NCBI GenBank assembly: GCA_029858555.1 | Contig: JAOUEU010000001.1 | Span: forward strand, 1-49,228 | From: Candidatus Zixiibacteriota bacterium | GTDB lineage: Bacteria > Zixibacteria > MSB-5A5 > GN15 > FEB-12 | DNA length: 49,228 bases | Reading direction: 5' to 3' | Part shown: positions 34,721 to 43,520 of the stretch, in pieces | How positions within the stretch are numbered: the stretch's first letter is position 1 | Layout of the letters: every line of letters starts with the position of its first letter | Program-made: the position numbers and the translations under genes | The notes under the pieces: model-generated | Databases searched by the model: none | Seen by the model: the letters and a program-made list of their open reading frames with translations, nothing else | Told to the model about the DNA's origin: nothing

Positions 34721-37570
34721 ATGAAAAAGTTTGGAAAGATAATCCTCTGGATCGCCGGGATCGTCGTCGTCCTTCTCATACTGGCCGTCATCGGCCTCAA
34801 GTTGTTTTTCCCGGCTGAGAAAGTGCGGGCGCTGGCCATAGAAAAGGGCAGCCAGGCCCTGGGGCGGCAACTTACGGTCGAGGGACTGGATATGTCCTTC
34901 TGGGGCGGCATCGGCGTCGAACTGCAAAATATAACGGTGAGCAACCCTCCGGGATTTGGCGACGAGCCGATGCTGGTGGCTGAGAACCTCGACGTCAAGG
35001 TCCAGATCCTGCCGCTCATTTTCGGCGACATCCGGGTCGACAAGCTGATTGTCAACAAACCCGAGGTTGTGCTGGTAAAGAAGGCCGACGGCACCAACAA
35101 TTACACCTTCGCCGCCGTGGAGGAAAAGGCGCCGCCGGAGCTGGCCGAAAAGACCACCCCGGAGGCCCGTGCGGCCGCCGCCACCGTGGCCTTTGACAAA
35201 CTGGAAGTTAACGACGCTTACCTGAAGTACACCGATGACAGCTCCGGTTTCATGGCCACGATTGTCAACATGGATCTGGCCACATCGCTCAAGATACCCC
35301 GCCGAAATGTCTACGAATCATCGGGGAGGCTCCAGATCGACAGCGTCATGGTCAAGAATGGCATGCCCCTGCCGGCTCTAGCGGTCAGGTTGGAGTACCA
35401 GGCTGAGTACGACCTTGACCGCAGCCGCCTTGATTTGCAGAAAGCCGACCTGCGCTTGAACGGCCTGGATTTCAAGCTCAAGGGTGAAGCCACGCTCCCG
35501 GAGGAGCCGACCGACGGCATGACGGCGCGCGGCAATCTGAAATCGGACAGAGTAACGGTGGCCGACCTGCTCGGCTTTTTCTCCGAGGAGCAGAAGGCCA
35601 TGTTGAAAGACTTCAAGGTGGCCGGCGATTTCGCGCTGGATGTTGACGTCGAGTACACCGAGAAAAAAGAGAAACCGCTGGTGTACTCCGGTACAGCTAT
35701 TATCAGCGATATGAGCCTGTCGAAGAAGGACCTTGAGGGCGAACTGAAACTCAAGAAGGCCCTGGTCGATTTTGAACCGGACAATCTGAGAATGAATCTG
35801 GAAGATGCCACCTTCAACAACGAGCCGCTCAAGGGGCACCTGACGGTAGATAATTTCGACGATCCGCTTGTCAATGGTGAACTGGCCGGCAGCATCAACC
35901 TGGCCTACCTTAAGCCGTTCTTGCCAGCCAAAGACAATCATGATATTTCCGGAGGCACCCGCTTTAACATGAAATTCTCCGGCAAGGCGAGCGATTACAA
36001 AAACCTGCGTTTCTCAGGCGATCTTGTGGTCAAAGACGCGGCCTACAATTCCAATCTGATGCCGGAGCCGGTCGAGGCTTTTTCGCTCGAAGTCTACTTC
36101 GACAACAATGTCGTCAACGTCAGGCAATTCTCCGGCCGCACCAGGTCAGGTCGTCTGGAATTTACGGGTCGCTTCGACAATCTGGTGCCGTATCTTATGG
36201 CGGACTCAATTCAGGCCAGGACAATTCATCCTTCCGTCGACGGTAAACTCAACGGTGATATCAACCTGGCTTTTCTGAATGTGTTTTTACCCGCCAAAGG
36301 CCATCCGGAATTGACCGGACTGGCCACGATGGAACTGAAAGTAAAAGGGAACACCGGCGATTATAGCGGTTTCAAACCGTATGGTACACTGTCCATCACG
36401 GACGCTTCCTACACTGATTCACTGCTGCCGGAGCCTCTCAGGCACTTCGAGGCCAGTATGTCGCTGATCCCCGACACGATCAAGATCGACAAAATGATGG
36501 CGCAGTTTGTCTCCAGTGACGTGACTTTCGCGGGCAACCTATCACACCCGTTTCCTTACCTGCTGCCAATTGAAACGCTGGATCGCAGCAAGATGACGAG
36601 GCCGGTTTTTAATTTCACGCTTACCTCGAAGAGGTTCGATGTCGATAAGCTCTTCCCCGAGGCTGTGCCCGGTGCCGGCACTGAGCAAGCTCCCGCGCTC
36701 TCAGCCGATTCAATTTCCATGGTGATTTTGCCCGATATCGACGGCAACGGCACCTTCACTGTTGATACGATGATCTACAGCCGCGTCGAATTCGACCACA
36801 TCTCCGGCAAAATTAAAATCCGAGACCGCAAGATAGAGTGCTATGACGTCACCGGAAAAGTGTACAGCGGGAGCGTCTCGGGCAATACCACGATCGACCT
36901 GACCAGCTTCGAGAACCCCCGTTACACAGGCACTTTCCAGGCGTCACAGGTGGAGGCGGATGATTTTGTCTCGCGATTTTCCAAGTTCGGCGGCTATCTT
37001 TTTGGGAAGATCGATCTGAATGGGAATTACAATGCCCAGGGCTGGGAAGCTGAGGACTTTCTGAACTCGCTGACCATGAACGGCACTTCCTCGATGAAAA
37101 GCGGCAAGCTGGTGACTTCGGGAGCCCTGTACTCAGCCATCAATAAAGTGGCCGGAGCGGCCGGCCAATCGTTTGAAAAGGAGCAGGCTCTCAGGGAGTT
37201 AATGTCCAACATTGAGGTCAGGGACGGCAAGGTCAAACTGGATAAGCTCAATACCAGTCTCGGCAAAGTCGGCGATGTCGACCTGAACGGGTACTACTCC
37301 TTCAGCGGGCAACTGGATTACGAGGGCTCGATACTCTTGTCGCAGGAGTGGTCTCAGGATTTGCTTTCCAAGGGCGGACTCGTCGGCGGTTTGGCCGGAA
37401 TCCTGTCTGATAAAAGCGTCAAACGCGTGAAGCTGCCGCTTTCGATTGGCGGCACGACGGATAATCCCAAAGTGGAAATCGACTACTCCTCTATATTGGA
37501 GAGCGCTAAAAACGACCTGATCGAAGAGAAGGGCAAGGACCTTCTAAAAGACCTGTTCAAAAAGAAGTAG
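34721..37570 (+). CDS. AsmA-family protein (large periplasm-spanning, N-terminally anchored)
   Basis: 949 aa. The N-terminus MKKFGKIILWIAGIVVVLLILAVIGLKLFFPAEKVRALAIEKGSQALGRQLTVEGLDMSFWGGIGVELQNITVSNPPGF is the classic AsmA N-terminal domain. The body is a long repetitive beta-rich region. Confidence 0.8.
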   Translation: MKKFGKIILWIAGIVVVLLILAVIGLKLFFPAEKVRALAIEKGSQALGRQLTVEGLDMSFWGGIGVELQNITVSNPPGFGDEPMLVAENLDVKVQILPLIFGDIRVDKLIVNKPEVVLVKKADGTNNYTFAAVEEKAPPELAEKTTPEARAAAATVAFDKLEVNDAYLKYTDDSSGFMATIVNMDLATSLKIPRRNVYESSGRLQIDSVMVKNGMPLPALAVRLEYQAEYDLDRSRLDLQKADLRLNGLDFKLKGEATLPEEPTDGMTARGNLKSDRVTVADLLGFFSEEQKAMLKDFKVAGDFALDVDVEYTEKKEKPLVYSGTAIISDMSLSKKDLEGELKLKKALVDFEPDNLRMNLEDATFNNEPLKGHLTVDNFDDPLVNGELAGSINLAYLKPFLPAKDNHDISGGTRFNMKFSGKASDYKNLRFSGDLVVKDAAYNSNLMPEPVEAFSLEVYFDNNVVNVRQFSGRTRSGRLEFTGRFDNLVPYLMADSIQARTIHPSVDGKLNGDINLAFLNVFLPAKGHPELTGLATMELKVKGNTGDYSGFKPYGTLSITDASYTDSLLPEPLRHFEASMSLIPDTIKIDKMMAQFVSSDVTFAGNLSHPFPYLLPIETLDRSKMTRPVFNFTLTSKRFDVDKLFPEAVPGAGTEQAPALSADSISMVILPDIDGNGTFTVDTMIYSRVEFDHISGKIKIRDRKIECYDVTGKVYSGSVSGNTTIDLTSFENPRYTGTFQASQVEADDFVSRFSKFGGYLFGKIDLNGNYNAQGWEAEDFLNSLTMNGTSSMKSGKLVTSGALYSAINKVAGAAGQSFEKEQALRELMSNIEVRDGKVKLDKLNTSLGKVGDVDLNGYYSFSGQLDYEGSILLSQEWSQDLLSKGGLVGGLAGILSDKSVKRVKLPLSIGGTTDNPKVEIDYSSILESAKNDLIEEKGKDLLKDLFKKK

Positions 37571-37622
37571 GCTTAACCCATCCGCACGGAGTGATACCCG
37601 CAGTGGTACAGCGCCAGGTGAA

Positions 37623-39479
37623 ATGTCCTGTTCTGCACTAAAAACAACCATCTTCACAATTTTTCTGCCGTTGATAACGACCGGCGCTCAGTTGCATCAG
37701 GATCGGCATCTCGCTCCGCCACCAAACGTTCCGAAAGCAAGCTACAATATCAGGGCGACCATAGACGCCACGAACCTCGCGATCACGGGCGAACTGGATT
37801 TGGATTTCCGCAACGCCTCTCCGGATACTCTCGACGAAATCTGGCTGCAAGTCCCGGTAAACCACGACAGACCGGTGTCGTTTCCCTTCGAGACGATCGC
37901 AAACGGACCTTATTGCCGGATAGACTCAATTCTTTACCGGGGAGTGCCGCTCAAGGCTGATGAAGTAGACATTGATGCGGACCTGGTCAAAATAGCCTTG
38001 CCACAGCCGCTGGCACCGGATGAGCGAGCGTCTTTTCTGATATCCTTTGAGTCACGGATGAGTCCGGTAACACAGAGCGCCCAATGTACCCATTTGAGCG
38101 GCTGGTACCCGCTGCTGAGCGTGTACAAGAACGGTAAATGGTACTGTAACAGAGATCCCTCCTCAGTTGAGACGGTAGGCGAGTTCGCCGATTACAATGT
38201 CTTGCTTCGCCTTGACTCGGCCTATACTCTCGCCGCCGCCGGGAGACTGCTAAACGACAGGGAACATCTTGGTTTTCTGCCGAAGCCGGCGGCGGACACG
38301 GTCTTTACGGACGTTGCCAACCCCGACGGGCAACTCTCCACCGAGTACCGGGCCAGCCCAGTGATACGGGACGGCCGCAAGACGTTTGTCATCCGCGCCG
38401 CCAGCAGCCCCGGCTTTTCCCTGGTTATCGCCCCTGACTTGATTCGCGACCGCGCTTACCTGGGTACGCGCATGGTGGAGGTGTGTTACGACGCCGAGGT
38501 CGCCCCTCTCTGGAAGGGATTTGTCGCCCGGACAGCGGCTCAGGTTATTCGACATCTGGAACAAGTAATCGGCAAACCACCCGCCGATACCCTGACAATA
38601 GTCGCCGGCAGCCCCCGCTATCCCGTCCAGCAGTCGCGGCATATGATAATCGTACCGCGCGATATTAAGGATCAGAACACCCTCGCGGCGGCTTTGGCGC
38701 TCGAGTTGGCGGCCGCCTGGTTTACGCCAACAGTTCTTACACGGACCGGCGCGATCCAGGCGGACAACCGGGCTCATGCCGTGTACGCCGCGGCGATGAT
38801 TCTCTATAAGATTTATGGCCGCGACGGGTTCGATATGGTCGCGAAGTACCACAAGCGGTTGCCCCGGTTCTCTTACGAAGGACCCGGGGAAAGTGCGAAA
38901 AACACAGCCGCATTCCAAACCAACTACAGCCTCCTTCCGTTACAATTGTATATGCTTCGCTTTGTCATCGGTGAAAAGGATCTGTGGCGTTCCCTCAAAA
39001 AACTGGCGAGCGACTTCCGCTACGCTTACCCGAATGAAAGTGATCTGCCGCGTGTGGTATATGAAACAACAGGTGCGGATTTGGGCTGGTTCTTCGAGCA
39101 ATGGCAGTCGGCTGAGTTTGCCTTTGACCTCGGTATTGACAGGGTGGAGGCCAGGGTAGTCGGGCCGGAACATCTTCTGTGGTACGAAGTGGTGAATGGC
39201 GGCTCGGCACTGTTGCCGGTCGAAGTGGGTTTCGTTCTCTCTACCGCCGACACGGTGTATGATACCTTGAGTTATGACGACCTGAACCGGGGTCCGTCCC
39301 CGGTGGAATTTACGGCCTTATTGCCGTCCCGTCCGCGTGCGGTGATACTCGATCCCAATCATTATTCTCCGGACAACGATCGCAGCAACAACTACCGCTT
39401 CCTGAGACCGCAGAGGTTTCGCTATGCTCCCCCGCGAGGTGTCTTTCCCGGAATCGAGCAGATGGAAAAAAGGAAATAG
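37623..39479 (+). CDS. Secreted M1 (gluzincin aminopeptidase)-like protein with degenerate zinc site
   Basis: Signal peptide present. The N-terminal block YNIRATIDATNLAITGELDLDFRNASPDTLDEIWLQV resembles bacterial M1 peptidase N-domains. Where HExxH-WF is expected, the sequence reads ALELAAAWF, and no GAMEN-like motif is recognisable upstream. Confidence 0.45.
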   Translation: MSCSALKTTIFTIFLPLITTGAQLHQDRHLAPPPNVPKASYNIRATIDATNLAITGELDLDFRNASPDTLDEIWLQVPVNHDRPVSFPFETIANGPYCRIDSILYRGVPLKADEVDIDADLVKIALPQPLAPDERASFLISFESRMSPVTQSAQCTHLSGWYPLLSVYKNGKWYCNRDPSSVETVGEFADYNVLLRLDSAYTLAAAGRLLNDREHLGFLPKPAADTVFTDVANPDGQLSTEYRASPVIRDGRKTFVIRAASSPGFSLVIAPDLIRDRAYLGTRMVEVCYDAEVAPLWKGFVARTAAQVIRHLEQVIGKPPADTLTIVAGSPRYPVQQSRHMIIVPRDIKDQNTLAAALALELAAAWFTPTVLTRTGAIQADNRAHAVYAAAMILYKIYGRDGFDMVAKYHKRLPRFSYEGPGESAKNTAAFQTNYSLLPLQLYMLRFVIGEKDLWRSLKKLASDFRYAYPNESDLPRVVYETTGADLGWFFEQWQSAEFAFDLGIDRVEARVVGPEHLLWYEVVNGGSALLPVEVGFVLSTADTVYDTLSYDDLNRGPSPVEFTALLPSRPRAVILDPNHYSPDNDRSNNYRFLRPQRFRYAPPRGVFPGIEQMEKRK

Positions 39480-39480
39480 T

Positions 39481-41469
39481 ATGTATCGAACTCTACCGTG
39501 TTGTCTTTTTCTGACGTTTTCTGTATTCATTCAGCCGGCGGCCTCGCCGACGGGACCTGGAAATCCGCTGACCAAGTTGACTGAACCAGCGAGGGTCACC
39601 GCCGAGAATTCTCCTCGCGAGTTCCAGCACAGCTACTGGTTGTTGCTCGGAGACGGCAGCCGCGAATCTGCGCCTGTGGCCTTCACGGAAAGGGCGTTAA
39701 AACGACGGGCCAGAGTCGATCCTGTCAACTTCCTTATTGATGAACGGGATTACCCAGTCTCCGCAAGCCTAATCGACGCCGTGAGCGCGACCGGGGCCCG
39801 CGTCCGGCAGGTTTCCCGCTGGCTCAATGCCGTCTCGGTCGAGGCCAATCAAGAGCACATCGAACGGCTGGTTGGGATTCCGGCGATTCAACGTATAGAC
39901 CTGGTTCGGCCGTTAAGGGCTGCTTATCCGGATGTCGCCGATGTAGGCAAGTCCCCCGGTTTCGGCGCGCGGGCGGAAGAGTTCGCTTACGGTTTTTCGT
40001 TGTTTCAGAATACGTTCATTAATGCCGTGAAACTGCATCGCGCCGGCTACACCGGGAAGGGTGTTCTGATAGCCGTTCTCGACAGCGGCTTCGAACTCGA
40101 TCACCGGGCGTTTGATTCGGCTAACGTTCTGGACCAGTGGGACTTCGTCCACGGCGACGCGTCCATCGACGAGGCTGAATGCCCCGAACAGATCAATCGT
40201 TATCAACAGAGTTATCACGGTACTCTGGTTTGGGCGGTGATCGCCGCCAATGTGCCGGATACGCTGATGGGAGTGGCGCCCGGCGCGGACTTCGTGCTGG
40301 CAAAAACCGAAATAACCTGTGATGGTTTGGAGATCAAGATCGAAGAGGATAACTGGATCGCAGCGTCCGAGTGGGCCGATTCGTTAGGTGCGGATATCAT
40401 ATCATCATCACTCGGCTACGCCGTTTTTGCCGACAGCGGCAGCTATGTTTTCGGGGACCTGGACGGCAATACGGCACGGATTACCATCGCTGCCGATATT
40501 GCCGCCTCCAAGAATATTCTGGTGGTGACATCGGCCGGCAACGAGCGTCTCACCTCGTGGGGGGCCATCTCGACGCCCGCCGACGGTGATTCCGTCCTGA
40601 CTGTGGGTGCGGTTCTGGCCGACTCCACGCTGGCCGCGTTTTCCTCGCCCGGACCGACTGCCGACGGACGCATAAAACCGGATATTGTCACGCTGGGGGT
40701 AGGTGTTACGACGGCTCTGCACAGCGGCGGGCTGACAGCCGCGTCGGGGACCTCGCTCGCGGCTCCGCTCGTTGCCGGCGGGGCAGCTCTGGCTCTTCAG
40801 ATCGATCCTGACCTGACCGCAAACAGGCTGTTGGAAAGAATCCGCGCCGCGGGCAGCAGAAGTTCGAATCCTGACAACAATTACGGCTGGGGTTTGTACG
40901 ACGCCACTAAATCGTCTACAATAATACAGATTGTCCCCGTGGATGATATCTGGCTGACAGTCGGTGACCAGATCTCAGTGGACATTACTACTTCCGGGTT
41001 AGCTGAGGCTGTCCCTGTACTGAGCGCCCTTGATCCGCCTGCCTGGGCGGAGTTCACCGATAACGGTGACGGCACCGGCTGGCTGCTTTTGAGGGGAACA
41101 CCGGACAATCCGACCCAGGCATCTATCGGTCTGCAACTCGATGTCGGCTATTTTGTCGACACCGCCTATATAAATGTGGTTACTTACGGGGGGGAGCAGG
41201 AATCGGTCAGTATCGGTCCCAACCCCTTTACCGATTCTGTGAGTATTTTCGTCGGCCCGGAGGCGGGCAGGCTCATAGCCGTCTCTATTTTCAATACGGC
41301 CGGAGAATTAGTCTGGGAAAAAGTCAACAATCTCGCTACAACAGCCGATACTCCCATTAGATGGTTAGCGATTAACCAGAGGGGCGAAAGCATCGCCGCC
41401 GGTGTATACCTGGCATATGTCCAGACCGATCGGCGAAGTTATCGAATAAAGTTGTTGAAAGCCGATTGA
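39481..41469 (+). CDS. S8 (subtilisin) family serine peptidase with C-terminal T9SS-type/FlgD-Ig-like sorting domain
   Basis: Signal peptide MYRTLPCCLFLTFSVFIQPAAS. The triad is intact: VLIAVLDSGF (Asp), YHGTLVWAV (His), SGTSLAAPLVAGGAA (Ser), with oxyanion TSAGNE. The last ~80 aa (GPNPFTDSVSIFV...AGVYLAYVQTDRRSYRIKLLK) resemble a T9SS C-terminal sorting domain. The ATG lies 1 nt after the preceding stop. Confidence 0.85.
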   Translation: MYRTLPCCLFLTFSVFIQPAASPTGPGNPLTKLTEPARVTAENSPREFQHSYWLLLGDGSRESAPVAFTERALKRRARVDPVNFLIDERDYPVSASLIDAVSATGARVRQVSRWLNAVSVEANQEHIERLVGIPAIQRIDLVRPLRAAYPDVADVGKSPGFGARAEEFAYGFSLFQNTFINAVKLHRAGYTGKGVLIAVLDSGFELDHRAFDSANVLDQWDFVHGDASIDEAECPEQINRYQQSYHGTLVWAVIAANVPDTLMGVAPGADFVLAKTEITCDGLEIKIEEDNWIAASEWADSLGADIISSSLGYAVFADSGSYVFGDLDGNTARITIAADIAASKNILVVTSAGNERLTSWGAISTPADGDSVLTVGAVLADSTLAAFSSPGPTADGRIKPDIVTLGVGVTTALHSGGLTAASGTSLAAPLVAGGAALALQIDPDLTANRLLERIRAAGSRSSNPDNNYGWGLYDATKSSTIIQIVPVDDIWLTVGDQISVDITTSGLAEAVPVLSALDPPAWAEFTDNGDGTGWLLLRGTPDNPTQASIGLQLDVGYFVDTAYINVVTYGGEQESVSIGPNPFTDSVSIFVGPEAGRLIAVSIFNTAGELVWEKVNNLATTADTPIRWLAINQRGESIAAGVYLAYVQTDRRSYRIKLLKAD

Positions 41470-41482
41470 ACGTTGACTGAGC

Positions 41483-43426
41483 ATGATTCCTGTAGCAACC
41501 GACTGCATCACCGGCTTTACTAGGTGTGCGGTATGCAAAATTGACCTCAAGGGTCGCTTCGTTTATATCGACGACGAAGTCGAAAGACTGCTGGGTTACT
41601 CTAAAGAGGAGTTATTCGGAAGGTCCTTGGTCGATTTTCTGGCCGGCTCGTCCCAGGAACCGATCAACCAGTTACTCGCCCATCGCAATCACTACGAAGC
41701 TTTCTATGATACCACCCGAGTGGTGCTGGTCAGCCGCAACAGGCAAACGATCCCGGTTTCCCTGATCGTTTCACTTAACTTCATCGCCGGCAACCCCGTT
41801 AATTTTCAGTTAATCATCAATCGGAGCGAGAGCTCCGTGACTGCTGACGGCGCCGTGACCGGCGACCGCTGGGATGTCGATTTCCTTCAAAATCTTCTGG
41901 CCGTGGAAGACTTTACCAGTTGGCCGGAGCATCTCCGTCTCCTGCGGGAATACGCTGGCGCCAAACAGATCTGTGTGTATAGTATCAACGGAGACGCGCT
42001 GCAGCCGCGCTCGGCCATTTCCGACGATCCCATGGAGGAGTTTGCATCCACCTCGATTCCCGAAACAACCGCTTTGCACCGCCGCGTAGCGCAGTCGGGT
42101 GTCGAGTACGCGTTTACTGACGGGGTGCAGGATGAAACGGCTGCTGAGCCGGGCGGTACCGCCCCGGGGGAGTACGTCGCCAGAGTTAATCTGCCGGAAG
42201 ACAACGCCTACCTGGTGCGCTTCCTGTTTGAGGGCGAACCCGATGGAACGCCAAGGGCGGATGCAGTAAGTCGCGCCCGTTTCGGCCTGAACTGTACGGT
42301 GAGGCTGATGACGGGAACAATGACCGCCGGAGGTGACGATCAGGCCGCCTGTGATGTCAAGTTTACCATCGGGTATCTTGACTCGCTCGGTATCGGCGGG
42401 CTGCTGATTCAAGCCGACGGCCAGATATCGGGGTACAATGCCACCCTCTTGAAACTGGTTGACAGAGAAGAGATTGAAGGCACGTACATGGATTTTGCCC
42501 GCCTGCTGGCCGAACACAATGATCCCTCCATCGAGACCCGACTGGAAAACCACTTCCGCACCGTCGGCGAAGAAGACTGCTTTGCTGATCTGCATCTGGA
42601 CCTTAAGTTGCCCGGGGGAAAGGCGGCCCGAATGGTGGCCGTGCGCTTTGCCTATGATGCCGGCGATCTCAGTGCCGGTATTGCCCTGATTCCGCAGAGC
42701 GCCGTCCCGCAACCGGGCTCGTCACCGGGCATCATGGATAACCAGCGGTGGCTCTCGGTCATCTCCTCTTTTGGCTCGGAACTGAAGAAAGTGAACACTA
42801 TCGCTGAGAGACTGGCTAATGAGTTCTACAACGAGATGGGTAAGGAAGGTAATAGCCTGCTGGAGAATCTGGATAGCTCAGCGCGCAGTCTCCGTAACAT
42901 GTTGGATGAAATCGGCGTGATGTTGCGCCTCATGAATGATAAAAGCCGCCCTGAGCGGATCGACCTTAAGCTGCTGACTCAGAACGCAATCAGGCAGGCC
43001 ATGGCTGACTGTCCAGGTGCGACCGTGGAATGCCGGTGTGAAGATTTACCGAAAGTCGTCACCAGTTCCAAAATAGCGGCAAAGATCCTTTATAGTGCTG
43101 TAATATGCTTTATCCGGCTGAGCCGGAACGCAGCAAAAACCATCGTCGTGCATTCAGAGTTCGATGGCTGCTCCTGCCGGATAATCGTATCTGGTGATGA
43201 ACTTGACTACCCGGAGAAAAGCCTCAAGAAGCTGTTCCACTTCTTCGGCCAGGTTCCCGACGGCTCCGGCCTGCCTGCATCCGGAGACGGTACCAGTCTG
43301 GCGGTGACCCGACAGCTTGCCTCGGGTCTTGGATGGCAGATCGATCTGACGTCAATACCCGGTGAGCGAACGGCAATAGCGATTTCCGTCCCCTGTGGCG
43401 ACCCGCCGGCGGCGGCATCGGTCTGA
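41483..43426 (+). CDS. PAS-domain protein with degenerate histidine-kinase-like (DHp/CA) C-terminus
   Basis: N-terminal PAS: KIDLKGRFVYIDDEVERLLGYSKEELFGRSLVDFL. The C-terminus has HK-like architecture ending SLAVTRQLASGLGWQIDLTSIPGERTAIAISVP. The H-box position reads SFGSELKKVNTI with no His in the whole helix region, and N-box Asn and DxGxG are not recognisable. Confidence 0.5.
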   Translation: MIPVATDCITGFTRCAVCKIDLKGRFVYIDDEVERLLGYSKEELFGRSLVDFLAGSSQEPINQLLAHRNHYEAFYDTTRVVLVSRNRQTIPVSLIVSLNFIAGNPVNFQLIINRSESSVTADGAVTGDRWDVDFLQNLLAVEDFTSWPEHLRLLREYAGAKQICVYSINGDALQPRSAISDDPMEEFASTSIPETTALHRRVAQSGVEYAFTDGVQDETAAEPGGTAPGEYVARVNLPEDNAYLVRFLFEGEPDGTPRADAVSRARFGLNCTVRLMTGTMTAGGDDQAACDVKFTIGYLDSLGIGGLLIQADGQISGYNATLLKLVDREEIEGTYMDFARLLAEHNDPSIETRLENHFRTVGEEDCFADLHLDLKLPGGKAARMVAVRFAYDAGDLSAGIALIPQSAVPQPGSSPGIMDNQRWLSVISSFGSELKKVNTIAERLANEFYNEMGKEGNSLLENLDSSARSLRNMLDEIGVMLRLMNDKSRPERIDLKLLTQNAIRQAMADCPGATVECRCEDLPKVVTSSKIAAKILYSAVICFIRLSRNAAKTIVVHSEFDGCSCRIIVSGDELDYPEKSLKKLFHFFGQVPDGSGLPASGDGTSLAVTRQLASGLGWQIDLTSIPGERTAIAISVPCGDPPAAASV

Positions 43427-43464
43427 TCGCCGGGTCGGGATCGATTATTTCACATTAATATGGG

Positions 43465-43492
43465 TTGACAAATAGCCGTTTAGCTCTATTTT
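43465..43492 (+). promoter_or_regulatory. Candidate sigma70 promoter (TTGACA-16 nt-TATTTT) for yicC-gmk-rpoZ
   Basis: A perfect TTGACA at 43465-43470 and TATTTT at 43487-43492, about 30 nt upstream of the yicC ATG. Confidence 0.35.
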
Positions 43493-43520
43493 TGAGCCAA
43501 GCTATGAACGGGGTAACGTT

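Noticed and set aside
41810-42712. 300-aa minus-strand ORF inside the PAS/HK-like gene, and similar antisense ORFs at 5936-6571, 26427-27065, 27393-27992, 30530-31336, 32654-33400, 33858-34445 and 38250-38918
   Set aside because: All are embedded in longer sense-strand genes with recognisable homology. They have no start context or motifs, and their composition is typical of antisense frames.
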